DNA of 64,000 nt from Owenia fusiformis (GCA_903813345.2 CAIIXF020000001.1:45012001-45076000), one strand, 5' to 3'; positions 37,301 through 49,600 are shown, counted from the stretch's first letter. The notes: generated by a model not told the origin, from the letters alone. Translations and numbers: made by a program.

Positions 37301-38822
37301 ATCAATGAAAACCATCAATGTTTACTAGTACTCGATGTTTGATTAGGGACATACTTATGGGGTGGACTTCTGTATTTACCTGATCCATTTATCCATCCCC
37401 AGTCCAGGCTCCTTTCCTGTATCATCAGCCATGTTGACTGAACTTTAAAGTTGGCTAATGCCTCCTCGAGATTCGTTTCCTGGTAAGGTGAGGTAACATC
37501 AGGAATGTATCCGAAGCTGTTGTAGCACACTTCAGCCGCACGTTGCCGGGTAACTGTAGTGTTTATGTGCATGAACACTGACCAACCTTTCTGGACGATG
37601 GATGCTGCTTTAACAATAAGATGGTGTTGCTATATCAATAAGTAAGAGCAAAATCTGATGGGCATTGAGACAAGATATGTCCAGTGAACAATTTGTTGAG
37701 CTCTTTCTTGTTATTTTAAGACATTTTGTTGACCTCCAAAAAGAAAATACTAATATTTGTCCTGATGATTCCCATTTGGTTATCACTTGAGCAATAACAC
37801 ACTTTGTGAATTGCATTGAGTGCATGATGGTCTCAGGTGCAAGTAGCATACCTTAGCTTACTATATAAGTATTGCCTAGGATGACTAGATGAATGTACAA
37901 ATAAGCGTGATTTTCATCATTAATCATATTCAAAAGTTAGTCAGTGTGATATCATTTTTGTTTGTACATGAAAAATTGAAAACATCAAAATATATTGAGA
38001 TTACAAATTTTCGATTTATTTCTCTTCAGGTAAATGACAGTTTACCTGAAGCTTGTGAAAATAAACTAGAATATAGTCCCCAAGAAGTAGAAGACCTGAC
38101 ATTTTTTCTGCTTTAATAGTTGAAAATTATCTGAAAATAATTAGACTAAAATAATTTTCTTCCTGAACACGCGTTATTATAAAAATGGACTTGGAAAATG
38201 GCGACACAAATACGCGAATATATTTTAAGTTTTGTGCTAGAATCCAAACCAGACTTTGAAATGTAAAGGAATTCAATGAATTCATCGACACTATCATCTA
38301 TTAATATGAAGGATGTGTGGAATCCATTTCAAGAACTATTCCAACACTCTCTATTCTTACATTTGAATCAGATGTAAGGTATATTTGTTCAGGATTACCT
38401 CGTATAAAACAAGTGCTAACCACCTTGTAAGTCTTGTATAGCAGTATACCATGTTGCATGTGCAGGGTATATGCAGTGTATACAAGTTCTATAGACTATT
38501 GAAGTTTTTATGAAAATCCTTCAGACTGAGCTATTTGATGTGACTGTTTGCATATTAAGTATGAAGAGCGCTTCAAGGCCATGTTTATGCCATGTAGCCT
38601 ACTAAAAATATATTCAATGTTATGATAACAACCCAAGGCATATTTTACGTGCACGAACATTTAACTCCATATGCATTAGCTTCACTTCCTAGTAAATGAA
38701 ATATGTCTTATATGAATATATTCACTTGAGTTAAACAGATACATATACTTGCTATACCCACCTTGACATGTGTAGGAAATGAAGATCATAAATAAAATAC
38801 TGTTGATGATCATCCTTGTCAT
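28329..38822 (-). CDS. Lectin receptor L2: signal peptide - CTLD1 - CTLD2 - CTLD3(N) - WSC - CTLD3(C) - CTLD4 - mucin stalk - TM - ~340-aa acidic tail
   Basis: Exons: ~38762-38822 (MTRMIINSILFMIFISYTCQ), 37380-37607, 35278-35430 (QPN/WND), ~34808-35047, 34211-34603, 33717-34016 (WSC), 32578-32730 (QPN/WND), ~31952-32191, ~30105-31130, ~29456-29546 (TM VIIVIAVVGTFLLLIVAAVMAYCC), 28329-~29334. Confidence 0.85.
29930..30043 (+). ncRNA. Pol III type-2 promoter unit (tRNA-derived SINE head or small ncRNA)
   Basis: GC-rich island in an AT-rich intron with A-box TGGCCGAGAGG (29943), B-box AGTTCGAGAC (30011) and a downstream T7 run; no complete cloverleaf. Confidence 0.5.
31216..31779 (+). mobile_element. 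Internally deleted Tc1/mariner element
   Basis: TA|CAGGGTGGTAAAAAAAATGGAAACCCTG ... CAGGGTTTCCATTTTTTTGACCACCCTG|TA. The remnant KRVYENRTTADLKKQIIHVIQAIPAEKCSQIIDN (followed by a frameshifted GGH) resembles a mariner/Tc1 transposase C-terminus. Confidence 0.85.
33070..33671. mobile_element. Kolobok-like MITE
   Basis: TTAA|AGGACCGCGGGTTG...GAATGAATCTGGGGAGCTTTT is inverted at 33610-33671, ending GGTCCT|TTGA. Confidence 0.7.
35543..35629 (+). tRNA. tRNA-Tyr(GTA), 14-nt intron (array copy 1)
   Basis: Full cloverleaf: CTCGTGA/TCGCGAG acceptor stem, C1:G72 and A73, GCTC/GAGC D-stem, CT-GTA-G followed by intron CGTCTAAACCTGTT, TTCGACT loop. Confidence 0.93.
35723..35809 (+). tRNA. tRNA-Tyr(GTA) (copy 2)
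   Basis: Same mature sequence; intron CGTCTATACCTGTC; T6 terminator. Confidence 0.93.
35904..35990 (+). tRNA. tRNA-Tyr(GTA) (copy 3; G4A acceptor-stem mismatch)
   Basis: Starts CTCATGA; no T4 run immediately downstream. Confidence 0.75.
36084..36170 (+). tRNA. tRNA-Tyr(GTA) (copy 4)
   Basis: Identical to copy 2. Confidence 0.93.
36265..36351 (+). tRNA. tRNA-Tyr(GTA) (copy 5)
   Basis: Identical to copy 1. Confidence 0.93.
36445..36531 (+). tRNA. tRNA-Tyr(GTA) (copy 6)
   Basis: Intact; intron CGCCTAAACCTGTT. Confidence 0.93.
36626..36712 (+). tRNA. tRNA-Tyr(GTA) (copy 7)
   Basis: Intact; intron CGTCTATACCTGTC. Confidence 0.93.
36805..37173 (+). pseudogene. Decayed tRNA-Tyr copies (36805-36891, 36989-37075, 3' fragment ~37148-37173)
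   Basis: Progressively more substitutions in the stems, A-box and B-box toward the right end of the array. Confidence 0.8.
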
Positions 38823-39640
38823 ACCGCTATTTCGTAAATAGACCTCCCATAATCACAATACAACTCTCAGCATCAGCTCAATCCAGTTTCATTTTTGTTG
38901 TATCCTTAATCCATGTTATTAAGTGGTGAATAAAAAGAACTAACTTTTGTTTTGGATTCTTCGAACCCAACTATATCGCCGCATATTTTCTTAACTTTCT
39001 TGTGTATTTAATACAAATAAGTGAACTACCGATTCAATATTTGCTTGCTTATATGCAGTTTTATGTGTACTAGGGCTTCTCCGGCTCAGCGTGTCCTGAT
39101 CTCCATTCAAAACAAATTACATTCCTTTTAAAGGTATTTTGACGGAGGACTCTGAATCATTCGTTAAATGCTCAACATGATTTGACTTGTATAAAAACCA
39201 TAGCAGAGATACACGTACTTAAGCTTTGATACGACTTGTTGTTTCATTTATTGTATTAAAATTTTGATTTTATATATCTGAGGGATTAATATTTGGTAAC
39301 TGTGGTATGATGTCCACATAGAGCCCAGCAGTTAAATCACTGAACACAACATGCCTTTTATCCCAAATTTTTTTTTTACAGTTGACCGATTGCTCGAATA
39401 GTTTACATATACTGCTTGGTATTATAGATTCTCAGTTAGGAAAATCAGGGAACGGTAAAAAATATTGAAAAACAACAATAATGTGATTATTTTCAATCAT
39501 TTTTTTTATATTTGTTCAAAAATGAAGTACGCTAAATGAGATTTCATGCACCACCCTTTCCAGGTTCATTAGTGTAAAAGATTAAATATAGTATTACATG
39601 AATTATACATTTTTTATTACAATCATCCTAGTTATCATAT

Positions 39641-42600
39641 TTAAACACAATAATCATAAAGTTCTATTCTTCCATTCCGGCCGTTCATATTGTTACGATC
39701 ATCACGTGGGTTTTGAATTCTCTTGCTAGAAACACTGTAAATACCCTCCTGAACAGCGTTGTCTTTACTTTCGCGCTCACGATCAGCAGCTGTCACCTTA
39801 TTGTTCTTTTCCGTAGCATGCTTATAGCTTGTACTTCGAAGTACTTTACTTTTCGTCTTTACTTTGTTTTCGAGCTCCGCATAGAGAGCTTCAAGAGGGT
39901 CGGGCCGAATTTCAGAGGCAAAACTTGGATTCTCATATTCTTGTCGTTCGTTTGTATACTCTCGCTTTGGTTTGTTCCTAGATCGCGATCTCTTGTAACG
40001 ATCGGTTGGTGTGTACACATCTGATGACTTATCATTGATAATATCTTCAGTGGATCCCTGAGTAGTTGATGGGGCACTTGTAGAGGGTGTACTCTTTCCA
40101 TCTGAAATTGTAGCCACCGACTCAGATGTGGGGCTACCATTTTCTTTGTATTTCCTTGGGCTTAATTTCAGCGTCCTGTCCCACAGTGATCGCATGATGG
40201 AACTGTTTCGCTCTAATTTCGGATCCTCAACATTAGCTTTGGCTTCTTCCTTGATTTCAAACCCAGTCATTGGAATTTCAGAAGTTTGTTTTCTGTAATA
40301 AACCAATTATGCTGTCACTGTATAATTACTCAAGCATTTATTCTTTAATATTCGCTTCTACACCTCTATCGAATTCAAGCTCGATCTCAATCTAGCAGTT
40401 GCAACCTAACTGTGCTAAGACCAACAGTCACAACACAACAACATTACAACACTTTTTAAAACATTTATAAATGTAGTTAATTTCTAATTACATTTTTGGC
40501 CAAGATTTTACACAAGACATATTTAAAGATTCCCTTTAATGGGTACGAGCTACTCACTTTTTCCGCGTGATGCAGATCCCAATCAGCATTATTGGAATGA
40601 TGAGCAAGAGCAATGCCGCAATGATCAACCCTACAAGAAACCCTGAAATATAAGTAGATATTTAGCCCATCCGTTCATTCGTTAGAGACTAGAGTCCTAT
40701 CATAGAACCTTAGCAGCCCAAAGCACCATGCATGGTTCTATTTTAACCGACCATGTGGGTAACTTACCGATTTTCCTGACCTGGTCCTTGGAAGCCAATA
40801 CTGGTTGCGTCAAGGGCCCGGTGCTATTGTCAGCTGAAATTAAAAATATATATTTCTTACACGCTTTTTCTATTCGTCATCTTTTTGGAAATCTTTCTAG
40901 CAATATTACGGAATGTTAGATGTAAAATGATTATGGCTATAGTTTTTTCTATGTCCCTCAATGATTTATTTCACTACCTACCTATTTGGCAGATAAAGTA
41001 TTTGGTTGAGTTACAGTCCTCGCTAAACCATTTGTTATTCTGGAGTCTGTTGAAACTAAGACATTCTTTCAAGGAGTTAGGCTCATTAGTAGCCCAATTC
41101 TGGTAGTATCCCACCTCTATGTCTGTAAATACATTTTCTCAAATTCAAGAGACATTCTCTGAAAATATCGTTGTTATAATGTACGTTATTATATACCTTG
41201 CACCAAAAGGCTAATAATATTGGCTAAAAGTATTGATGTTGACCCACCTTCTTTCCACGCCCAATGCCTGTTAGTAAGACCTATCCAAAGCGAAACACCC
41301 CTCATAGCACTCCCAGACAGCCATGTCTTTATGACGTCCTGTTCCATTTCGTTGTCAATCGTCACCAAATCCCCATTCATCTGGAGGCACAATTGCCTCG
41401 ATGTAAACCAAGACATCTTACGGACTTTTTCGTCCATCGTATAACAACTTCGCTCGTAGTATTTGCTTTTTGGTATAGCGTTGCATTCTTCCTCAGAAAT
41501 GTCTGTAAATATAATTGAGTATATGAATATGATGATTTATGCTTAAATTTTAAGTTAAGGATTGTTATGCAATGAATCTCGTCATGATCAACACAGAGAA
41601 CAAATAAAACTGATAGGAAACCAATAATTCTTTCGATGCACTCAACGTTTTCAGAACTTTACTATAGTAAAATATATGCAAATACATACATTTAAATTTA
41701 CCAAGTTCCGAACCGTTAACGTTAATGGAAATCAAAGACTTAAAGTGTACACGTGTCTTTAATGTCATTTTATGTAGTTTAAGGGCCGATACTCATACAG
41801 AGTTAATAAAATGAATCTGGCTTACATATTTCACAAATGTATCCATGGGCTTCAGTGCAGACCTCAGGGCTCCATTGATAGTGCAGATAACCAGCCCCTT
41901 TATTCATCACTCCACAGTTTCTTCCTCCTTCAGGGTCACGAGGTTCTTCTCCGTACCAATTGGAATATGCAAGACCTGTAAGGTTACGTACGGGGTATAT
42001 GATATCATGAATTGTTAATGAATTATAAAATGTATATTCAAAACGAACATTAAAAATAATTCTCTCTAGTGAACTCCAGAGTTTTCATGTCATAAAAGCC
42101 TTGTTTAGTTCAAATATCAACGCAGTCCCCAGCTATAATAACTGAACTATCACGAAATTAGAGTTAGCAGTTAAAACTATTAATCACATGAATTGATATA
42201 AGGATGGATTATAAATTGATTTCAAATTGAATACAATGAAAACATTTAACAGAATTAACAGGAATTTTCTCTCGCGAACCGGAGTCGAACCAGTGACCTA
42301 GGGATGACAGGTATAGACGGTACAGTCCCCCGCTCTACCAACTGAGCTATCACGAGATGAGTTACTTGAGCACAACTACATGAGTTGATATATGGATTTT
42401 GAATACAATGAGAGATAGTAAATGGAAGAGACATTTAAAAAAGGATGCTCTCTCGCGAACCGGAGTCGAACCAGTGACCTAGGGATAACAGGTTTAGACG
42501 CTACAGTCCCCCGCTCTACCAACTGAGCTATCACGAGATGAGGTATCCTGATAACTTATTAAAACATTATATTCATATTAATATAGTACTCGTATAGCGT

Positions 42601-45092
42601 CCCTTTTTTTTAATTGGCAATCAAACATTGAAGTGTAATTAAAAAAAATTGTGGAAAAGTGATTGGTTTGTCTAGCAATTTCATTAATTACATTTCTCAG
42701 TGTTAATTGTTTTAATAGGAATCACCAGGAAAAACATTTTCATTTGTTTGCTACCAACTAAAATACTCTGAGAATACGTTTAGGACAGAGCTTCATAACA
42801 CGCTCATCTGGCTCATAATTATGCAGATTTTTAAATATTTTAGAGCAAGAGCTCTTAACTGAAGTGATCAATCAAATGTTTTTTTACGTGAGGATTACCT
42901 TGTATATTGAACACATGGTTGGCCCCAGTTTGGCCACATGTCTTCGAGGCGTCACCTCCACAAGGCGTACTACAGCAAACACTATTGTCGTTAGCAGTGC
43001 ATTGAGGATGTATTCCGTACTTGTTATATGTGTTGCCACACCAACATGTTGTCCCAGCCTAGAATCAGACATTTTAACTTCAAAGCTGTTGGTTTACATT
43101 ATAAATATCGGGTCTTGAATAATTCCTCATAATTAATTAACGAACAGCTATTAAAACAAATGACTCTATTTTGCCGCCTGAGACATTAAGATAACAATAT
43201 ACAATGTACCAATAAAGATACAATACACTAATCGATAATTTGCAAAATATATAATGTTTATTTTAGCACCATAAGTAAAATTGAATCGAACCGTGTTGTT
43301 AACTGGTCATTTTATGAAATATATTCATTTGTTTAAAATTGCGCATTAATCTAATCTTGTTAGTTTTTGTAAGTAATTAAGTGTGTTTGTTTTAAAATGT
43401 TGCTCTTTGGCCACAGGATTTTATCTTAGAATTATTATCTTTAAATGTTTATGATTTATTAATTCGATGTCATTCACTACCTGTAAACCTGCATATGTAA
43501 AGTTTGCCATGCGACACTCTCTCATGCATTTCTCTGGTGTGATATTGTTAAGACGTATCTGGTATGGCAAGTCACGTGGTACAGAATCTTTGTAACAGCC
43601 CTGGCTCTGAATTGTTGCATTTCCTTTGGGAGAAACAAAGAAATAATGATTCATCAATGAAAGATTAATTATCATGTACTCCTTCAAAAACATGGTAACA
43701 TTGACTCATTGGACATCATGTTTTGATAGATGTTTCTGTTTGAATTCCATATTTTTCCTTGATATAAACACGTACATTAATTTGGTCGGTCACTTGTGAC
43801 ATAAACTGGCTAAAATGTAAGGTACGTTACAACATTTTTGGAAGAGAGTGTAGGAGAAATATAATACCTCGTAATAAAAGTCGAAGTACACGATGTACAT
43901 GTATAGCTAATGTCAATAAAAATGTATGCTGATAAAATCAGTCTGATGTGTGCTAATAAAATCAGTCTGTCTGACTTCGTATTCTTATTCTCTAAATATC
44001 AGATTCTGCATTTTCACAAAATTATCGTTTAAAACACAGGTAATTATTCACCTGTTCAAAGAAGTGTACATTGTGATCAACATTAGCAATAAGTATAATG
44101 ATTTCCAATTGCAACCACCGCACCTCGTGATAGCTCAGTTGGTAGAGCGGGGGACTGTAGCGTCTATACCTGTTATCCCTAGGTCACTGGTTCGACTCCG
44201 GTTCGCGAGAGGTGTGATTTTTTTTAATTTAATTATTTTTGTTATTTGTGTTTTGATCAATTTTGAAATATTTCTTGAATATAACGATGAATGTTAATAC
44301 ATACCATTAACCCATCGCCAGTCAGTATTCCACCTTCTTCCTCCTACCCACCCATCACTCCAGCCACCTTCCTCTAGTTTTTCAGCCAGGAATCCTTGTG
44401 TATTTTCTGTATTAATGACAGCAAGTTCCATATTTTCGGAATGGCAATAGTTGCTCGCTTTTTCCCATGTCATCTCAGTCTCGAAGAACGTGTAACAGAA
44501 GCCACCCGTGCAACAGCTCTGTACAAGAATACCTGTAGAAGTAACGTAAAACTCAGCGAAGAATTTCACTGTTTCACAACTAATTACTTTGACGGAACGT
44601 CGATGTAACAAAATGGATGAACTTCCTGGTCATGAGTTTTTTTCTGTGAACAGTGAATATAGAATTTAATTTATAACAGCAACATCGGTTTCCACACAGT
44701 AGTTTGACAATTGCTTTGCTATAAGGTTAACAGTTAAAATCTTTATTTACGCAGTAAATATTCAGATTTTCCTTTTAATTAGTTATCAGAGAGTCGAAAT
44801 TTGGAAAAAATATTTTAGAAACATTTTTATGCAACAAGAAAATGAAAATATTATTTAATTATTACAAAAATATAAAATATTTGAACAAAAATGGATCTCC
44901 ATTATTTAACTATATGTAGGCCTAATTGTCATTTGTGATATTATAAATTACAGCAGTTTTTATCAATGTTGTCTTATCTTCCGATCGTCAAACCTAAAAA
45001 CTTCTGTCATATCTTCTACATATACTTTTTCTCTTACCTTGTTTACTAGCAATCATAATGAACCAAAATGTAAATAAATTGATGGTATCCAT
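39641..45092 (-). CDS. Lectin receptor L3: signal peptide - CTLD(N) - WSC - CTLD(C) - CTLD(EPN) - short stalk - TM - Tyr-motif tail
   Basis: Exons: ~45038-45092 (MDTINLFTFWFIMIASKQ), 44305-44532 (WVGGRR..WRWVNG), 43481-43623 and 42899-43058 (WSC), 41826-41975 (YSNWYGEEPR...C...W...C...YICE), ~41248-41502, ~40982-41122 (NWATNEPN), ~40769-40834, ~40558-40642 (TM), 39641-~40292. Confidence 0.85.
42270..42356 (-). tRNA. tRNA-Tyr(GTA), intron-containing, C at position 37
   Basis: Reverse complement of the array unit, except CTGTAC instead of CTGTAG. Confidence 0.75.
42451..42537 (-). tRNA. tRNA-Tyr(GTA), intron-containing
   Basis: Exact reverse complement of array copy 1; 181-bp spacing and the same spacer sequence as the main array. 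Confidence 0.93.
44124..44210 (+). tRNA. tRNA-Tyr(GTA), intron-containing, solitary
   Basis: Intact cloverleaf, intron CGTCTATACCTGTT, T8 terminator. Confidence 0.93.
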
Positions 45093-45779
45093 GATGACAG
45101 CTCCTCTCTACTCTCCGACTCTCAATAAATTGTCAGACTGACAATGAACGGTCAAATATCGAGACAAATCCAACCCTCAAATGAGTTCTTCCTGTTCATG
45201 ACTCAAGCCAAATATCAATGGAGGATTTGTGGCTTCTTATCAAAGCACTGAAGGCAATAGAAACAAGAACTTATCTCACTAATTGGATGAAGATGGATAA
45301 GGAATCTTTGAAATATGGCAAACATATTAATTCCTCCACCTAACTTGCAATAATTAGGTAGTGACATCAGGTCGACACATTCGGCATATTCATTTGAAAC
45401 CATTCAGCGATTTTACTATTTCAAACTGTTCAATAATATACGAGAAACGTTGATGATTTCAAAAGAATGGTACTTTTTGCATAAAATTCACTGATAAAGA
45501 CTTCATGATTGTTTATGAACCAAACTTTATCACTATTCTTTCCCAAATTTATAGGTCGCAATTCCAGTCGAATGGGAAGATAAAGAGGAAGAGCAAAAGG
45601 CTGTGGTAATACCATCATGTTTGAACGAGATGGTTAGTAAACATACGTTTCGTATCAGCAGACAAAAATGAGCAAAGACCGTGTTGTTTAACGAAGAAAC
45701 AAAGAATATACTATTCAGTACATACGAATACCTTTATATGCGTCATCGATCCGGAATTACTGACACTTTTACAATAACG

Positions 45780-46190
45780 CAGATGCGAGTAAGTAGTTAC
45801 CAGTTTCGCCACCAGGTGGCTCGTTCGGGTCAGATAGCATGGCGGGTATTGTAGGAATTCCCTTTAACTTGAATTACATCTGTTTTCCATATAAGCCTTA
45901 TGTATCTAATTGTTATGTAAATTAAAATATGCCCAGTAAAAGAAAATGTTACCTGTACAATGCAAGAAAAGATATTTCACGTTTTGTGATTTCGTAACAT
46001 GGGCTCTATGGGGAATCAACCCGAACTAGAAGTCACATTTTCATAAAAATTAGTTTTTCAAAGTTGATAAACAATTTTCGAAACCATATTTCTAGATGTA
46101 CTTTCACATGTAGATTTCAAATATGACATCATTTTGACTGAATTTTGAATATTTAATGACGTAAATCAAGATTATTTCTACTCGCATCTA
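45780..46190. mobile_element. Possible short TIR element
   Basis: AGATGCGAGTA at 45781 is inverted as TACTCGCATCT at 46179-46189; the TIR is short and no clear TSD is visible. Confidence 0.35.
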
Positions 46191-46619
46191 GTCTATTTCT
46201 GGTATTAGATCATAATTTATTGAGGTAAATTCAAATTGTTTTTCAAAGGACTGCCCATCACTACTTTGTGTCGATTACATTGAAACCACACGGTATGCAT
46301 AACCTAGGCCTACCACTTATACAATGGCATGGCATCTGATATAAATATCATCTAGTACTATACAATTACGATTAAAATGGTGTTACAATTCTTATTTGAC
46401 TTTTGCCACCGTTTCTCCGATTGAAATGATCCGATCTCTTCGTATAGGGTGTAAATACAATAGTCTGCTACCGTATTCATATGGATATGGTCTATTCTCT
46501 TTGTATAGGGTGAATTAAGAAAACAAAATTATGATACAAATATTAGCAGGCTTTCATATGCTATCCGATAAAAACTTCCGGTTGAAAACTTATGGATCTG
46601 AGTTATTAAATTTATTTGG

Positions 46620-49600
46620 TTAAATGTCCTGGACTGCTGGTTTTGATTCAACTTCCAAGGCTTGGTCAACTCCAGTCAATTCACGACAGTCATCATTTGC
46701 ACTGTGAAGTCTCCTCCGTCTATACATGGACTTATTTGCTAATTTAGTGTCAGCAAAAGCAATTTTTGTAACTACAGGTCTTTCAAAGACGCCCGTGTGT
46801 GAGATCTTTCGTTCTTTGAGACTTGATGCTCTCGTCAGTGGTTCAATGAGTCCACTGGATGATCGGTTGAAGGTTGGAGAGTTATCACTTAACGATAATG
46901 GATGACGTGAATGTTTTTCCTTAAGGCTGGATGCCCTACTTAGGCACTGGCGAGACCCAGGTGAGAGAGATCTCGGAGATGTCGGGGTGCCATCTGTAGG
47001 CGATCCATCACCATGACTACCCTTTGAACTTCCGGCACTGCTCGAACAAGGTGATTTCGCATGCTCATATATTTGTTTTGTTCTTTTACATCTGTCTTTC
47101 AAGCTCGATGCCCTCAACATTGGTCTGTCAGATGGACTGAATACTTTCAATGAGCCCCTACCACCAAAACTAGCCGATAGGTTACAGTTATTCATACTTC
47201 TTGCCATACTCATAAAGGATGAGGTCGTGCTGGCAGTTTCACTTCCATTCCTTGCACTTATGTGGTCAATCCGTTGTTGTGCAATCGTTCTCCTAGGTCT
47301 TCGTATGGATGATATTGCCCCCGGATCACCAAGCCATTCCGCTCTTTGGTCACCTAACCTACTTACATCACTTCCCAATCTTGAAACAGTTGACCCTTCT
47401 CGACTCGGACCACCTATAGGTGGCAGTACGACATGTGACCCTGACGTATGAGATCGAACAAGGCTGTTTAAACTTCCCAGTTCTCTAAGCTCCCTTTGAG
47501 ATCTCGCTTTCCGTCTTACTGAAAGACAAAACACGATTAATGAATGATAATGGTCCATATTGCCATTAAGTCACTTTGAACCACGCCTGTTTCATTTGGC
47601 CATGTCTATGTTGAGCAGCTTTTTTTTCGAATTCCAGGTTCACAAACTATAATAAAATAATCCTGAAAGAGAGTATAACTGCGGTAGTACTAGATCTGAA
47701 CATGGGATGCATATGAATTCTAAAAATAATTTACAAATGTTGCTTTCTGATTCTCTTGCATGCTCTAATTTGATGACCTTGAAATATAGTCACAAAGCCC
47801 AAAGCTTCGAATTTCTTATTAATTAATAGACGTACAGTAGTCTCTGACTGACGGACTAATTATAACATATTTACCTATGGCTTGGTGGTTTATGTCAGAT
47901 CCTCTCAAAGGGGACGTTGGGGATCCTGGCTTGTCGGGAGATGTGGAGAATAACGCGGTTGTTATGACAACGGGGTAGGGGTTGATGAGTGGTTCCTCCT
48001 CTTGTTGTGTAAAATCTTCTTCAGTAAAATCATTGATATTTGCAACATCTTCTATCAGCCGACCATCTGTATAAGAATAGATCATAACATTGAGCCTATT
48101 CTATAACTGTACGAAAAAATTATACATTTCAAATTGTCACCTAAAATATATCATATGCATATATCATGCATGTGATAGTTATATATCGTAATTAGGCGAA
48201 AAATGAACATTTTGTACATTAGACTTGCCCCATTAATGGCTAACTGTATGGACTTTTGGTTGGAGTAAAATATGACGATTTTGGTTGGAGTAAAATATAA
48301 CGGATACTGAATATATTTTTAGAAATGGGTATTAAAGTCGAGTATATCTAAAGTATTATGGATATCAATTTTTATTAATGTCTGGGTTTTGCTGACTTTT
48401 ATGAGTTATAAAATGTTTCCCCATTCAATATCTAGTTGTAGGGAGTGGAAATGTCGGAATTTATTTCCAAAAGAACAAACATAGCAAAAACTGGTTAATC
48501 GCTTCATATTTCATCATCCGATACTTGCGAGCAAAACAATTCCATATTCGACCAGCAAACTTCTGAGCGGATATTTATTTTCTAGTTGGGGAGCGTGGGG
48601 ACAGAGCCTTGATTCAATACTAAAATATACTTTTGTATTCATGTAAGGACGCTCAAGATCGAAAGTATTAACTTCGATGACTATATATCTTACTTCTTAC
48701 TTAGGTCAAAGACAATGTATATTAGGTAATGAAGGTTGTGCACTTCAAGCTAAACAGGCATTATTGAGTATTTGAATTATTAGCTATAGCTACATGGTGA
48801 TCTTGATTGATATTGATTGCGAACGTGAAGCAATAATATTACCATGAATCTTTAAAATCCAATTCAAATATATCGTTCACTGATTGGGCAATGGCTGATG
48901 AGACTCACTCTGATTGGTCAATGGCTGATGAGACACACTCTGATTGGTCAAGGGCTGATGAGACACACTCTGATTGGGCAATGGCTGATGAGACACACTT
49001 TGATTAGGCAATGACTGATGAGACACAATCTGATTGTTAAATGGCTGATGAGACACACTCTGATTGGGCAATGGCTGATGAGACACACTCTGATTGGTCA
49101 ATGGCTGATGAGACACACTTGACATATTTGAAAGTCTCATCTCTTCTTCCAACCATTTAAATGCGCATTTGGAACTTCATCTATTTCAAGGCGAATCTGA
49201 GAATATGAGTGCCTATAATACACCCCATGCAGACAGATATCTTTGAAAAACTAAGAAGTATACATCTCATCCCCCTGGTAGCATTACCATTGGTCTCGTA
49301 TACAATTAATATTTGTAACACAACTATTATTCGAACTTATGATCGGACATACGTATGATGTTACTTTATTACCTTGAAGTACACATCATACTTATGTCCG
49401 ATCTTAAGTTCGAATAATAGTGAATGACCATGTTACGCTTGTGACAAACTTGCAAAATTGCCAAAAGGAGCTGGAAAATTCTGTTAAAGTACACAACCGT
49501 TTACTACAAGTTAGCTTGGAGTTTACGTCATACATTGCTCCATCATAGATTAGTGGACTCAAACAATGCAAAGATAGTATCATTTTACAGCCCCGTACTC

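Noticed and set aside
48877..49152. SHQPLPNQSV-repeat ORF as an exon
   Set aside because: It is a 30-bp minisatellite; the flanking exons join in frame without it and it ends in a stop.
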